Origin: the human T2T-CHM13v2.0 reference genome, Homo sapiens
Direction: 5' to 3' (one strand)
Assembly: GCF_009914755.1 (NCBI RefSeq)
Contig: NC_060932.1
DNA: 64,000 bases
The position numbers and the translations under genes are program-made. The notes under the pieces are model-generated. The model had not been told where the DNA came from. It saw only the letters and a list, made by a program, of their open reading frames with translations, and did not search any database. Of this stretch, positions 47,117 through 59,967 are shown piece after piece (position 1 is the first letter of the stretch; each line of letters opens with the position of its first letter).

Positions 47117-49156
47117 GTGTCTAGAAATATGACACTTTCAGGAACGTGCACAAGGAATTTTTCAGCGCCTTTGATTTTAACGTAATGAGTCTTTAAGCAT
47201 ATAGCTCGATGGATAATGTCCCATTATCAACATAGCTTGCCTTTTCCAGATGGGGCTGGTAAAACCCCAAGGACTACATGGATACTAAGTGTATTTTAAT
47301 ATAATTGGTTTTCTTTGTAATCTATACTTTCTATGTGAATTTTGAAATACTATTCTAAGAGTTCATCGACTTTACTAGATTAACAGAGGTCATGGCACAA
47401 AAAGTTAAAGTACCATCTCAGGAGAGACAGCGCAACAATATCACGTATTTCCCCTTCCTTTTAATTTAATTAAAACTATTTTTACTTTCCTTCCACGCAG
47501 GTTTTTTTTGTATTTCCGTGTGTGTATTTATCTTTTTTTAGACAGTACTGTTGCTCATTTCCTCCTGTAATCCTTTGCAAATGAGCAAAGTTCACTTTCA
47601 ATCCCCTATGTACAGTGAGCTCTCATCCTCTGCAGTCTGGCAAAACCCCTGAGGTAGTAGAGCCAGCGCCCAGCTCACCCTGAGCTTCTGCTGTCCGTAA
47701 AGTTCTCATATATTTGTATGAGACTGCAGAACGTATCCAGCACAGCACTGGGGATGATCCTACTTTCAGAAACATTAAAAAATACAATACCAAATATCCT
47801 CTTGAGGTTAGACCTAGCCTATAGTGTGAACACGCTAAATTCATACATCTTCTGCTATGGTCATTGATATGCAGGCAGTGTATGGGTGCTTTTTCATAGT
47901 TTGAGGTCTGTATCTGAAGTCTACCTCTAAAGCACATACATGCTTTAATAAAGATGCATAGTGTGGTGGAGTGAAAAGAATGGATTTGGTGCTGGCATTA
48001 GCTGTCAAGTCATGTAAGTCTATTGCATCTCAGTTTCCTGAGAAACTCCAATTAAAAAGGCAAATAGGAATATGGTGTAAAATGTCAATTTTCATTTAAA
48101 TATAAGCGATCATCAGTATTGAATCCTCTCGGCTACCAAAGGAGCTACCGGACAACAGACAAACCAATTTATCTTTGATTCCTCCTCAACGCCTTGCATT
48201 TTGCTTTGCATAAATAAAGACTTCAACCCAAGCTCAGTGTATGAGGCTGGACAGGCAAGGCAGTCCAGATTTAATATTGTTAATCCAGTGCCATTTCTCA
48301 GGGATCAGATGCTTTGATCCTCTTAAAATATTTTCAAAAACTGAAGACTCAAGGATAACATGCTGTTTAGATAGAAAATCGGATGACTTTTGTAGGTTTC
48401 CACTAGATAACAGCAGCAACAAAACTCTTCCTTTACAAGGGCTTACCATGACAATATTTTTAGGCCCTTAGTGGAAGACAAGTCATACATTTTGTGGTGA
48501 AGTACGGTTACAAGGAGTTTCAACCAATGTAGAAAAAAAGACCTGAATGAAATAAATAATGGTGACTATTAAAAGTTCAAGGGCCCTGGACTTGTTGAAA
48601 ATTATGTTGAGGTGCCATAAAATCCTGAATGATTAGCTCTATCAACAAATCATCCTCTTTATATTTTTATGTAATAATTTATTTGAGATTATAACAACTG
48701 AATGAGATTTCCTTCCTTTAACATTATAGTCTGAAATTGCAAAAGCTCCTTTTTAACTACCTGGACAAAATCCAGTTAAATGTTATGTTATGAAATTCTG
48801 GCCAGCATTTCAAAACAATTCCTCTATTCAATACACTGATGATAATTACCTTTTTTCAGAGGATAATTTTTTTGTTAATTATGCTTAGAGTGTCACTTAG
48901 ATATGGTATGCTGTGTTTAGAGTCTGCTTAGCAAAGCATGATTTTTTAAAAGAAATACAACTTTAAAAAGCATAAAAAAATTAATGAAAATTTGATTTAA
49001 AAGAATAACCCCACAGCCGTCTACTCAACACTCTTATGGTTTAAGTGACAAAGTTGAATCTCAGAGATAATCACTTAGGTAAAAAATGAGAAATTATTTA
49101 GAAATGTATATTAATATAAATGCCTGCTGTGCTATCCTTATATAATTATAAATCTT

Positions 49157-49465
49157 GGCAGGGCATGGAGGCTCATGCCTGAAATCCCAGCACTTTGTAG
49201 GCTGAGGTGGGAGGATTTCTTGAGACTAAGAGTTCAAGACCACCCTGGGCAAGGTAGGAAGACCGCACCTCTACAAAACATAACAATTAAAAAACTAGCC
49301 AGACATGGTTGTGTATATCTGTAGTCCCAACTACTCTGGCGACTGAGATGGGAGGATTTGTTGATGGAGACGGAGGCTTCAGTGAACTATTGTTAGGCCA
49401 CTGCACTCTCGCCTGAGTGACAAAGTGAAACCCTGTCTCAAAATAATGATGACAATAATAATAAC
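49157..49465 (+). mobile_element. AluJ-like
   Basis: Diverged dimer with an (AAT)n tail. Confidence 0.85.
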
Positions 49466-49838
49466 ACATCTTTAAGAAACGCTAAGCTAGTTTAAAGTAT
49501 ATGCATTCATGTCTTTTCTAATCTCCATAACTAAATGTCAGAAAGTTGTCTTATTAGTTTACTTTTTCTCCACAGCGCCGTTCATATCAGTGTGGAAGGC
49601 ATCATGAGATACTACAGAGACGAATTCAAACACCATTCACTACTTTCTACCTAGATAACCTTGGGCCAATGTCTTACCTTTCAGAGAATCAGTGACTTTG
49701 CATATCAATTACAGATACCTTTGTAGAATTAAAATGACTACTGTAAGGATTAAGTACTGTTGTGTATGCAGAGGAGGTGATCCAATACATGGCACAAAGA
49801 AAATACTGGTGAGTATGGTTGTAAGTAAAAAAATTGAG

Positions 49839-50146
49839 GGCCGGGCGCAGTGGCTCACGCCTGTAATCCCAGCACTTTGGGAGGCCGAGGCGGGCGGATC
49901 ACGAGGTCAGGAGATCCAGACCATCTTGGGTAACACGGTGAAACCCCATCTCTACTAAAAATACAAAAAATTAGCCGGGGGTGGCGCTGGGCGCCTGTAG
50001 TCCCAGCTACTCAGGAGGCTGAGGCAGGAGAATGGCATGAACACGGGAGGCGGAGCTTGCAGTGAGCCGACATAGCGCCACTGCCGTCCGGCCTAGGTAA
50101 GAGATCCAGACTCTGTCTCCACAAAAAAAAAAAAAAAAAAAAAAAA
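49839..50146 (+). mobile_element. AluY, AluYk-like variant
   Basis: AluY body with 'CCATCTTGG' and 'ATAGCGCCACTGCCGTCCGGCCT' variants; long A tail. Confidence 0.88.
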
Positions 50147-51523
50147 TCAGAAAACGATATGCAACAACTGTAGAAGAAAATTGAAATATAAAATACAAAT
50201 AAGCCTTTATTTACCCTTGACCAAAGTTTTCATTTCTATAATTTACTCAAGTGTTATACATATGTGAGAAAATTAAGAGCTAGGAAAAATAGTTTGAAAA
50301 ACATGATGATTGGATACATGGACTCTTGAGAGTCTATGAAGGGAGGTTTATGTACCTAACCTCCTGCACGACTGCTGTTCAAATTCTTCAGTGCTCCTTA
50401 TAGAAGGATCTTAATTGTGTCTAATTAACAGTGATGACCATTATACATGGAAATTTTGGGGGGGGGGGGGCGCTGCATTCATTTGCCATGCTCAATAGCA
50501 TTTATTCAAGCCAACCACAAAAACCCTGAGACAGAAAACAAAAATGAATCCTACTTGTATTTTGATGATTATACTCTGGATGAGAAGAAACGAGGACATT
50601 GGAATCTCCCAGTCCTGCTGTGGGTTGGCTCTTAATGCTTGCCTCTCAGTTTAAGAGTAAATTTTGTTTTTTTGTTAGTTTTTTTTTCTAGAGAAAACAT
50701 CTTTCAATCAGCCATTTCTAGGACGGGTGGGATGACCAGCTGTGTTAGTATTATTACTCTTATAATGACGCAACAAAATGAGATGTGACTATTTGATGAA
50801 TTATGCCTTATCTTCACAATTCAGTTAAGATTTTATTCATGTTACTGATTATGCTTTAAAAAAATGAAGCATCTGCCTATTTGCTTTTCAAGAGCTCACT
50901 TACAATATGGCATTTTAATGTCTTCATGTATCATTCTGCACACTTTTTTCTTCTAACAGTTCATTCTTAAGCTTTTTCACAAGAATGGAAGAATGTAGAG
51001 GTCGTGGAAATGTACAAAATGTTTCATTATGTAAGTTTTAACTAAGTTTTAAACTAGGTCTTCAATAACAAATTTGCACTTTTATACTTAAAAATTTAAA
51101 ACTCTATTTGTCAGGACATCAGCCTCGACAAATTACTCCTGTATTCATTCAAAAAAGGTTACTTTCCTGCAATCTCTTTGAGTATCATGATGGATATTGT
51201 AAATTTCCTCTCGAATACAACCAACCCTGTAGCTACACTCATAGAACTTTCAGTGAAAGAGGGAGAACCACACTAATCAAACAAGTACTCAAATATTTAC
51301 TTAATAACTAAGTGTTACAAAGGGAGAAAATGATAGTGATAGAACAGAGAATAAAACTGAGGATTCAAACGTCAGAAAATACCTAGAAAAAGAGGGCAGT
51401 GAAGCTGAAACTTGAAACATCAAATGCAGGTACCTGAGAAATAGAGGGTGTCCTGGAGAAGGGGCATGGACTGTGTGGACACCTGGAGTGAGGAGAGATG
51501 TTGGCCTTATCTCTTTTTGCAGT

Positions 51524-52022
51524 TGTGGGAGGAGAACGATTACCTCCACCAAAGATGTCTGCATCGTAATTCCCAGAACCTGTGACTATGTTTCCTTACC
51601 TGCTGAGAGGATTTGACAGGTGTGAGAGTTAAGGATTTTGAGCAAGTGAGATGACTTGCAGTTATCTGTGTGGGTTCCCTGTTGTCATAACATTTCTTAA
51701 AAGCTGAAAACCTTTTCTGGCTCAGGTCAGAGGGACATGTCATTTAAAAAATCGTCAGTAAGATGCAACCTTGCTGGCTTTGAAGATGGAGAAAGAAGGC
51801 CACAAGCTCAGGAATGTTGGCAGCCTGCAGAAGACTGCCCTGACTCCTTCAGAAAAGAACACAGGCCCCTCAACACCACGGGGTCGGCTCAGGGAGACCC
51901 ATCTGCAGGTTAGAAGCCAACATCAGCCTTCCAACCTGTGGAAATATGAGGTGAGATCTTTGTGGTTTCTATGCCACTACATTTGTGGTAATATCTCACA
52001 GCAGCCAGAAAAAAATCCAATG
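51524..52022 (+). mobile_element. MaLR solo LTR, MLT1D-like
   Basis: 'CCAAAGATGTC..CATCGTAATTCCCAGAACCTGTGACTATGTT', 'TTGCTGGCTTTGAAGATGGA', 'GCCACTACATTTGTGGTAAT..ACAGCAGC'. Confidence 0.82.
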
Positions 52023-52259
52023 TGCTTTTCTTCTTTCTATAATGAAGAAAACATGTTTATTCTCGATGAGCAAACGGAAGACTTTCTGTGAATCCAAGTA
52101 CCTTCTGTTATTAAACAGCTGGGTGTGAATTTGGAAGTCAGTGTAGCTGGGAGACTTAGAATCAAAGAGCAGCTGTGGCACTCAAAATATGTATGGCTGG
52201 GGGTGGACACTACACACATTGGAAGTTGGTTCCTCTCCTGGCCATTTGTAAGTAGGGAT

Positions 52260-52355
52260 CACACACACACAAACATACACACACATACACATCTGCACAC
52301 ATATGTACACGCACATATACATATAGACATTTGCATATATATGTACATATATATA
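52260..52355. repeat. (CA/TA)n microsatellite
   Basis: Read directly from the sequence. Confidence 0.8.
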
Positions 52356-52388
52356 AGCTAATTTGAGGATGGATTAAAACTAAAACTT

Positions 52389-52685
52389 GGTCAGGAGTCA
52401 TGGCTCATACCTGTAATCCCAGCACTTTTGGAAGGCTGAGGTAGGTGGATCCCTTGAGCCAAGGAGTTTGAGGCCAGCCTGGGAAATATGGCGAAACCTC
52501 ATCTCTACAAAAAATACAAAAATTAGCCAGGTGTGGTGGTGCACGCCTGTGGTCCCAGCTACTCGGAAGACTGAGGCATCAGAATCACTTGAGCCCAGTG
52601 GGCAGAAGTTGCGGTGAGCTGAGATTGTGCCACTGTACTCCAGCCTGGGTGACAGAACAAGACTCTGTCTCAAAACACAAAACAA
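52389..52685 (+). mobile_element. AluJ-like
   Basis: Full dimer; TSD-like AAAAC(C)TAAAACTT on both sides. Confidence 0.9.
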
Positions 52686-53229
52686 AACCTAAAACTTAAA
52701 GGATCTGTCAGTTTTCAAGTCCTGAAATTCATTGACTGTGCCCATGTGGTGCTGTGTGCCTGAGATGGAATTTCAAAGTGGTTTTTCACACCAGAACATC
52801 CTCTTTTTTCTAATACCCATTTATGCAATGCTAGGAAAAAAAAAAAAACTCAATTTGGAAGTTTTTGGTTTTCTTTCTCAGAATCAGAATAGTTTTTTAA
52901 AAATGTCCTATTTCCACTTCTAGGTGAGCAAACTGACAACATCATTTGATCATCTGTTCTACAAATTAGGAAAGATAGAAACCCAACCCATAAGCTAATT
53001 CCAAAACCACTTTTCCTTCATGAACACCTGAGATTTTGTCAGCACTTTCTAGATTGTAAAATAAACCAGATTCAATTTCCATAATTTATTTCCTCACCTT
53101 TTAAAGTGTAGAAGAAATTATGACACCTTTTCTATACTGAGAGGAAGATTCAATCTGACAAAAATAATTGCATAAAAGTGTGTAAGGAGACAGTAGGCAA
53201 CAAGCCTAAATTATTTTATAAAAATTATT

Positions 53230-53529
53230 ATTAGTAGTATTTTGAGACACAGTTTCACTCTGTCACCCAGGCTGGAATGCAGCAGTCAGATCATAGCTCA
53301 CTGCAGCCTCAACCTCCCAGCCTCAATCAATCCTCCTGCCTCAGCCTCCTGAGTAGCTGAGACCACAGGCACAGGTCAGCACACACAGCTAACTTTTATT
53401 TAATTTTTTTTACAAAGACAGGGTATCACTATATTCCCCAGGCTGGTCCTGAACTCCTGTCCTCAAAGATCCTCCCATCTCAGCTTCCCAAAGTGCTGGG
53501 ATTACAAATGTGAGCCACTGAATCTGGCC
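53230..53529 (-). mobile_element. AluJ-like
   Basis: Antisense dimer; TSD TATAAAAATT(A/G)TT. Confidence 0.9.
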
Positions 53530-54737
53530 TATAAAAATTGTTTTCTTATTATAATAAGAATAATTTACCTCCAATTTTCTTTCTCATGTATTCAAGCAAG
53601 AGTAATTTACCTCTATTTTTTTCATAACAATGCCACAGAGTTTACTGTCAACATCAAATGCTTTAAAAAGAAACATGATTTAACATAAACACATTTATCT
53701 CAACTCTGTTGAATGAAATTGTTCTTAGAGAGAAAACTGGGTGAAGAAACATCTGATTTAAATAATAGCATTGCACATTTCTCTTTGGTAGAACTCTATT
53801 TCAAATATCACCTACATTATATCATATTTTTGCTGCTCATATAGTTTTTACAATAGTTCCTTGAAACAGATTATTGTTATTTACTCAGATATTCTAAAAT
53901 AAGTATTTAATGATTGAGATAAATGTCACAAGGGAAAAAGTGTGAACAATTTTTTAGTCTTGGCATGTGCCTCATCTCTTTTTAGTATCACCAAACTGAT
54001 ATTTATTTCATGATGCGCCCATTTATATACTTACAAAAGCAATTTAGTTCTACAAACAAGCCACTCGAGGTAACTATCTTTATTTCATTTTATGGATGAT
54101 GAAACTGACATTGAAAGTTGACGGAACTCACTGAAGTGACACAGCAAATAAATGATGGGGTAGGATGAAGCCCTGACAATTTCCACCCAGGAGCCACACA
54201 GAGTGAGAAAGCCTCTCATTGTAACGGCTGTTGTGGCTCATTTGGGAAATTTTTACAAAGTTTCTTCCTACCAAATAGTCCACTGTGAGATGAACAGCTG
54301 TTTGGGCCATAGAAGAAATAGATGCCTGTGTTAGATATTTGTGGGGGTAAAAATGGAAAATTCTCCCCCATTAACATATGAGTACAAATAAACATCAAAA
54401 AACAGAAAATGAACTTCCTATTATGCACTGTGCAGAAAATCAGTACCGAGTCCTCCTGCAGCCACGTTTTTCTGACTCCCAAGTTACTTGCTACCTTCTT
54501 TTTCACACGTTTCCATTCTCTCTACTTCAGGAATTTTCTTTCTCTTTCTTCAGAAACTACATAGTTCCTCCCCATCCATGCCATAAATCTTCCCTGGATC
54601 CATTCTTCCCAATTCAAAGGACAGAAAGTGAGTATATAGGATAAACAACGCAGGGAAAAGGATAGGGAGGGTATTTTACCTTTTCCCTGGCTATTATTCA
54701 TAATATATGGAAATACATGCTGAAAAATGAGGATTTC

Positions 54738-55275
54738 TTTTTCTTTTTTTAAATACTTTAAGTTCTAGAGTACATGTGCACAAGGGGCAGGTTTGTTACA
54801 TATGTATACATGTGCCATGTTGGTGTGCTGCACCCATTAACTTGTCATTTACATTAGGTATATCTCCTGATGCTATCCCTTTCCCCTCCCCCCAACCCAC
54901 CACAGGCCCCGGTATGTCATATTCCCCACCCTGTCTCCAACTGTTCAGTTCCCACCTATGACTGAGAACATGCGGTGTTTGGTTTTCTGTCCTTGTGATA
55001 GTTTGCTCAGAATAATGGTTTCCAGCTTCGTCCATGTCCCTACAAAGGACATGAACTCATCCTTTTTTATGGCTGCCTAGTATTCCATGGTGTATATGTG
55101 CCACATTTTCTTAATCCAGTCTATCATTGATGGACATCTGGGTTGCTTCCAAGCTTTGCTACTGTGAACAGTGATGCAATAAACGTATGTGTGCATGTGT
55201 CTTTACAGCAGCATGATCTAAAATCCTTTGGGTATATACCCTGTAATGGGATGGCTGGGTCAAATAGTATTTCTA
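54738..55275 (-). mobile_element. L1PA4/5-like 3' fragment (~540 bp)
   Basis: Antisense L1 3'UTR 'ACTTTAAGTTCTAG..TACATGTGCAC...CCATGTTGGTGTGCTGCACCCATTAAC'; TSD GAGGATTTC at 54729-54737 and 55276-55284. Confidence 0.92.
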
Positions 55276-58144
55276 GAGGATTTCAGAATATTTCCAATGA
55301 AACCATATCATTTCTTTAAATGGTAGTTGATTATATAAAGATTGTTCTAATATTTATGACTTTTGAGTGATTATTTTGTGGGCTCCTAGAAGCAAATTAT
55401 TTTAATACAATATTATTTTTCCATAGTTCAGAAACTAAATATTTTATAATTTAGAGTTGGGCAAATTGCCCTCCTCTTTGAATGGATAAAATGCCTATTT
55501 CATATAGATGTGGATAAAATTATACATCTATAAAAATGTTTTAGTAGATAAGATCACATATTCCTCTTTAAATGTGTATACCTATTTTTCTATTTACATT
55601 TGCAAGAGGTGTATTATGAATGCCAGAAAATTAAAGTGTTTTCTCATTTTCTAAATAGTCTTAAAAATAGGACAGTTGGTAAAAATAGGATAATTTATAG
55701 GTATAGTAATAAGTATAAGATTACAAGTTGACGTAGATAGGAAATGAATGTGAAAAGTTGTATAACATGCAAATATAGCCAGCATTCCCATTATTTCAAG
55801 TGACAGAATGAAACTGTACAATTATGGCTGGTCTAAACCATGTTAACGTTAACTTTTAGTGGCTAGGACTCGTAATTATCTGACTAGCAACAAATTAGCT
55901 TAATAGTTTAGATAAATTCACACACTCATGGAAGATTTTAATAAGCTAATCATATTTTGTCTTCAACCAACTATTTTACAGTCATTTAATTGAACCATAT
56001 CTAAAATTTTAAATAGCCGATGAAAATGTCTTATTCATTTAAAATTAATATTTCTTAAACTGAAGTTTTAGTTTCAAATGTCCATCAATAGAAAATAATG
56101 TTAAGAAAATGAATGAAACTGAAATATTAGGTTTAATATTCAATTCAGTAAGACTGGCAACATTTTCATTATGAAGAGGGGGTTGTTTATGTATTCCTAC
56201 ATAAATTAGTGTGCATTCACATGTACATTTCAAAAGAAACATTTTTCTGATGAGTGTATTAATAGCAAAATAACAGTAGATACTATAACATTTCGAAAAT
56301 CTACTAGGATAGCAAACCATTAGAACTGGCAATAGCAAAAGTTACAATAATTATGTTGAAACAGATGCAACCTCAGCCCTGGTGATGTCAGTGATAATTG
56401 GTTCCATATAGGTGGAGAAATTAGTCCTCATGGAGCAACAAACATAACTATATTTATATTAAATAGTCTATTTCTTCCATGCCTAAGAATTTATCTTTAG
56501 GCAATATTCATTATAGCATGAAATAGTTAAGCAGAGAAAAGTTTAAAACCTAAAAGTCCAACAGTAGGAGAATATGTAAATATATGAGGGTAATTCACTT
56601 TTGTTCAGATATGTGTTTACTATCTATTTAATGCAATATCAGGACAAGCAATTTCATACACATGATGATTTTCTTAATAAAATATATCCAAACATATTGT
56701 GGAGGCTAAGGTGTTAGAAATGAAAATAGACTCAGCTATGGAACACAGATATTTCTTCTTGCTTTGAAAGGTAACTGCTCCTGTTATAATTGCCTTCTCA
56801 GTCAAATACACAGAGGACAAGAAACAAGAAGAATTAGAAAAAAAGACTGGAGAAGAAATAAAAGCAAATCAGGTCTTATTTGAATCCTTCCTGGAGTAAG
56901 AGGGAAGCATTTCCCCAAGGAATTGAGTTACTGGCCTATTATAATTACCATGTTATGAAAACTCTATTATGGTTTTTCAAAATTTCTTTGGCTATAAAAA
57001 ATTGATAATTGATGTTTCTATTCATCTGCGTTCTGTAGTTTATTAATCTGTGATACACCATAAGAACAGATTATATTTTTAAACTTCAATATCAGATTGA
57101 CTTGACTCATTCTATTTTCTTTTTCCTACTGAAATTAATGTTAAGAAAATGAATATAGAGTCATAAAACTAAGGCCGTGATATGCAGTAGAATGACATAA
57201 AACCAATTATGCAAAACATCATGATGAGTCAAGAAATGATTAAAAATATAGCAGAATTAAGGCAATAAAAAGCATGGAATATGGAGAATATATTGTCGTG
57301 GAAATTTTGTATTACAGAAATCAGAAGAAGAACATCTAGAAAACTGTCCGGTTTTACAGTTGTTTAATATCTGGTTGGAAAATTGAGGTAGCAATAAGTA
57401 TCCATTCAAAATACCAGGGAGTGTGAGATTTTCTTAAATTTCTTTTTATATATGCCCTGTAGACATAACAGATAAAAACTTGACCCTTTGCAGTACGCAA
57501 TTTAGAGCTGAAAAACCTACCAGTGAAAGCTGCTTTCTGCTTATGCCGTGAACCATAATGAATCCAATCGTATTCTCTCCTGTCTCTGACTTCTTGCTTC
57601 TTGAATTTTTCTTTTTTTGTCCTCTCTTCACCCTTGCTCGCTGATGATTTACAGTGTTAACACATCTTCATGATTTCTATCTAAAACCAAAATCTGCCCT
57701 AGAGCCCAAGGTTCTTTCCAGATGTAGGTGGCTTTATCGCTCACCTTTTCAACACTTTTAAAAAGACACTTGCCCAGATTTCTAAACGAAAAAGAGGCAG
57801 CCAGCTGGCCTCTTTCCTTCATTTCACAGCTTGCTCTTCAGTGGTTCCCACCTATGAGACATCTTCCCTCAAACTCACAGGGACAGAAAGAATTCCAAAG
57901 GACACATAGATTCCCATCCTTCTGATGCCGAACACTCTCCAGGGTTCCTGTGGAATTGTATGAGGTGTGAACTCCTCATCAAGCCAAGTGAGGACATTGT
58001 CACATCTGCTAGTTCCCGAACACTTCCCTTAACCTCACTCCCATGGCCCCTCCTCTCTGGGAAACAGGAGCCGCGTGAGATTCCTTGCTGCCATGCTGCC
58101 TCTTCTGGCATTTGTCCACCTGCCTTTCCTTTTCCCTGTCCCCG

Positions 58145-58623
58145 TGATGCAGGAAAGACAAGCCCCCGAATTGGGGCTTAGCCTGGGAGGGTTGTTGGCT
58201 TCACCCAGGAAGGAAATCAAGGGCAAGCCAGTGGTGTCACACAGCAACTTTTATTGACTGAAGCAGCACCAGATGTCCTGCTCCTAGCACAGCAGGACTA
58301 CACCATAGGCCATGTGCCCAGAGTGGCAGCTCAGAGGCTGTTCTACACTCATATTTATATCCACTTTCAATTACATGCAAAATAAGGAGCGGTTAATGCA
58401 GAAATTTCTAGAATGTAGGTGGTAACTTCTGTGTTGACAGGTGGTCTCCATGGAAAGCGGTGACCACGTCTGGGTGTTGCTATGACAATGGTAAACTGGC
58501 ATGGCACACTGGAGGAGGTGTCTTATGAAAGGCTGCTTCTGCCCCAGATCTGTTTTAGCTAGTTCTCTATTTGGTCCAGTGTCTAAGCCCTGCTTCCTGA
58601 GTCAAGTCCCACCTCCTACCTCA
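58145..58623 (-). mobile_element. ERV1 solo LTR, MER66-like
   Basis: The minus strand runs TGAGGTAGGAGG...GGACCAAAT..CTAGCTAAAACAG...TATAAATATGA...AATAAAAGTTGCTGT...CCTGCATCA (TG...CA termini); 4 bp TSD-like CCCG/CCAG. Confidence 0.82.
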
Positions 58624-59355
58624 CCAGCCCTGTACCAGGAGAGCTCCTGATCATTTTCCTCCTTCCTGGGCAAAGCATTTCTCCTGTCACTGTGTGTCAA
58701 ATCTGATGCTGCCTCAGCCCATCTGTGGGAGCTCCTTCACTCCCTCCCCAAGCCAGCATGCTGGGCATGACTTTCTCACAGGAGGGGCAGAGGACTGCTC
58801 TTTGTTTGTTTCTTTGATGCTTTCATTTTCATCCTCTACTGTTAGATTCTATGTCAAGTGTGGGATTGTGCTGTGTCAAGTAAGTTGTATGATACCAACT
58901 TTGAGACATTCAAATCCAACTGTTTCTTCTCAGGATTTTATAGTGGAAACTGGTGGGTTATATAAATCTCAGTCGTTTTAAACAAAAAAGATCAAGTTTC
59001 TAACTTTGAACTGCAAACAGACAATAATTCAGGAAAATTTTCTTCTCTTATATCTTAGTGTGAAATTGGTTCATCTTTGACTTTTAAGAAAGCACAAATA
59101 GGAAACACAATATCTGACCAATTTTCTAAAATGTTTAGAGCAAAACAATAGCTAATTAAATAATATCTCATTAATTATACAATTAGCCAAGAAAAAAAAA
59201 CACTTATCTGAAGAAAGCCAATTTTCCACTTCATTTTGCTCATTTAATTGTAATGTTAAACACTAAAAATCACAAAATCTTCAACATACTGAAATATGAA
59301 AGATCTTTTGAATTCAATGAGTAAATACGAGCATATCTACAAGGTCTCAAGACTA

Positions 59356-59967
59356 TCAGTCTTGGAAAGAATCATGTATCTCGGGAAAGAAATGTTTCAC
59401 AGCAGTGTTGTCTTCTTGGTCCCTCAGACCATATTTTCTATAAGAAATGGTTGACTTAATGAAAAACTCGATTGTCTGGAGTTCTGCTTTAAACTTCTCT
59501 AAATGAAAAAATCTCTTCAGGCAATTACTACAAACAGAAAGAACCACAATGAAATAAAAGTTTCAAAAATATTTTAAAATACAAACACATTTCCTTCCTT
59601 AAGAAATTCATGTTCACATATCATTGTACATTACATTTTGGGAATTTTCTTGCTGTTATATATTCCTGAAATGTGTGTTCTAATCACTAAATAATTTATC
59701 CAGGAAAAACATCCTTGTACATGTATTTCAGGGAAAGTCATTTGCCTTTTTTTTTTTAGCTGGCATAAATTAAGCACCTCAGATAGGGGGAAAAGAAACT
59801 GAAAGAAATCCAAAGATTGATCCCTTTTCTTTGGTTCTTTTCTTTAATCTGCTATCATTATATCCAACTGTTAAATTTCTTTACATTTCTTTTATTCCCT
59901 GTTTTTCTTTGAAGTAATGCAATTCATTTAAAATTATTTTACCTAAATCAGCATCACTGAATTTTGT
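59356..59967 (-). other. Speculative spliced exon chain (59943-59967, 59635-59665, 59356-59527), product unrecognised
   Basis: AG/GT-bounded segments join in frame to the 59356-59547 ORF; strong acceptor only at 59528-59529; no homology recognised. Confidence 0.15.
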
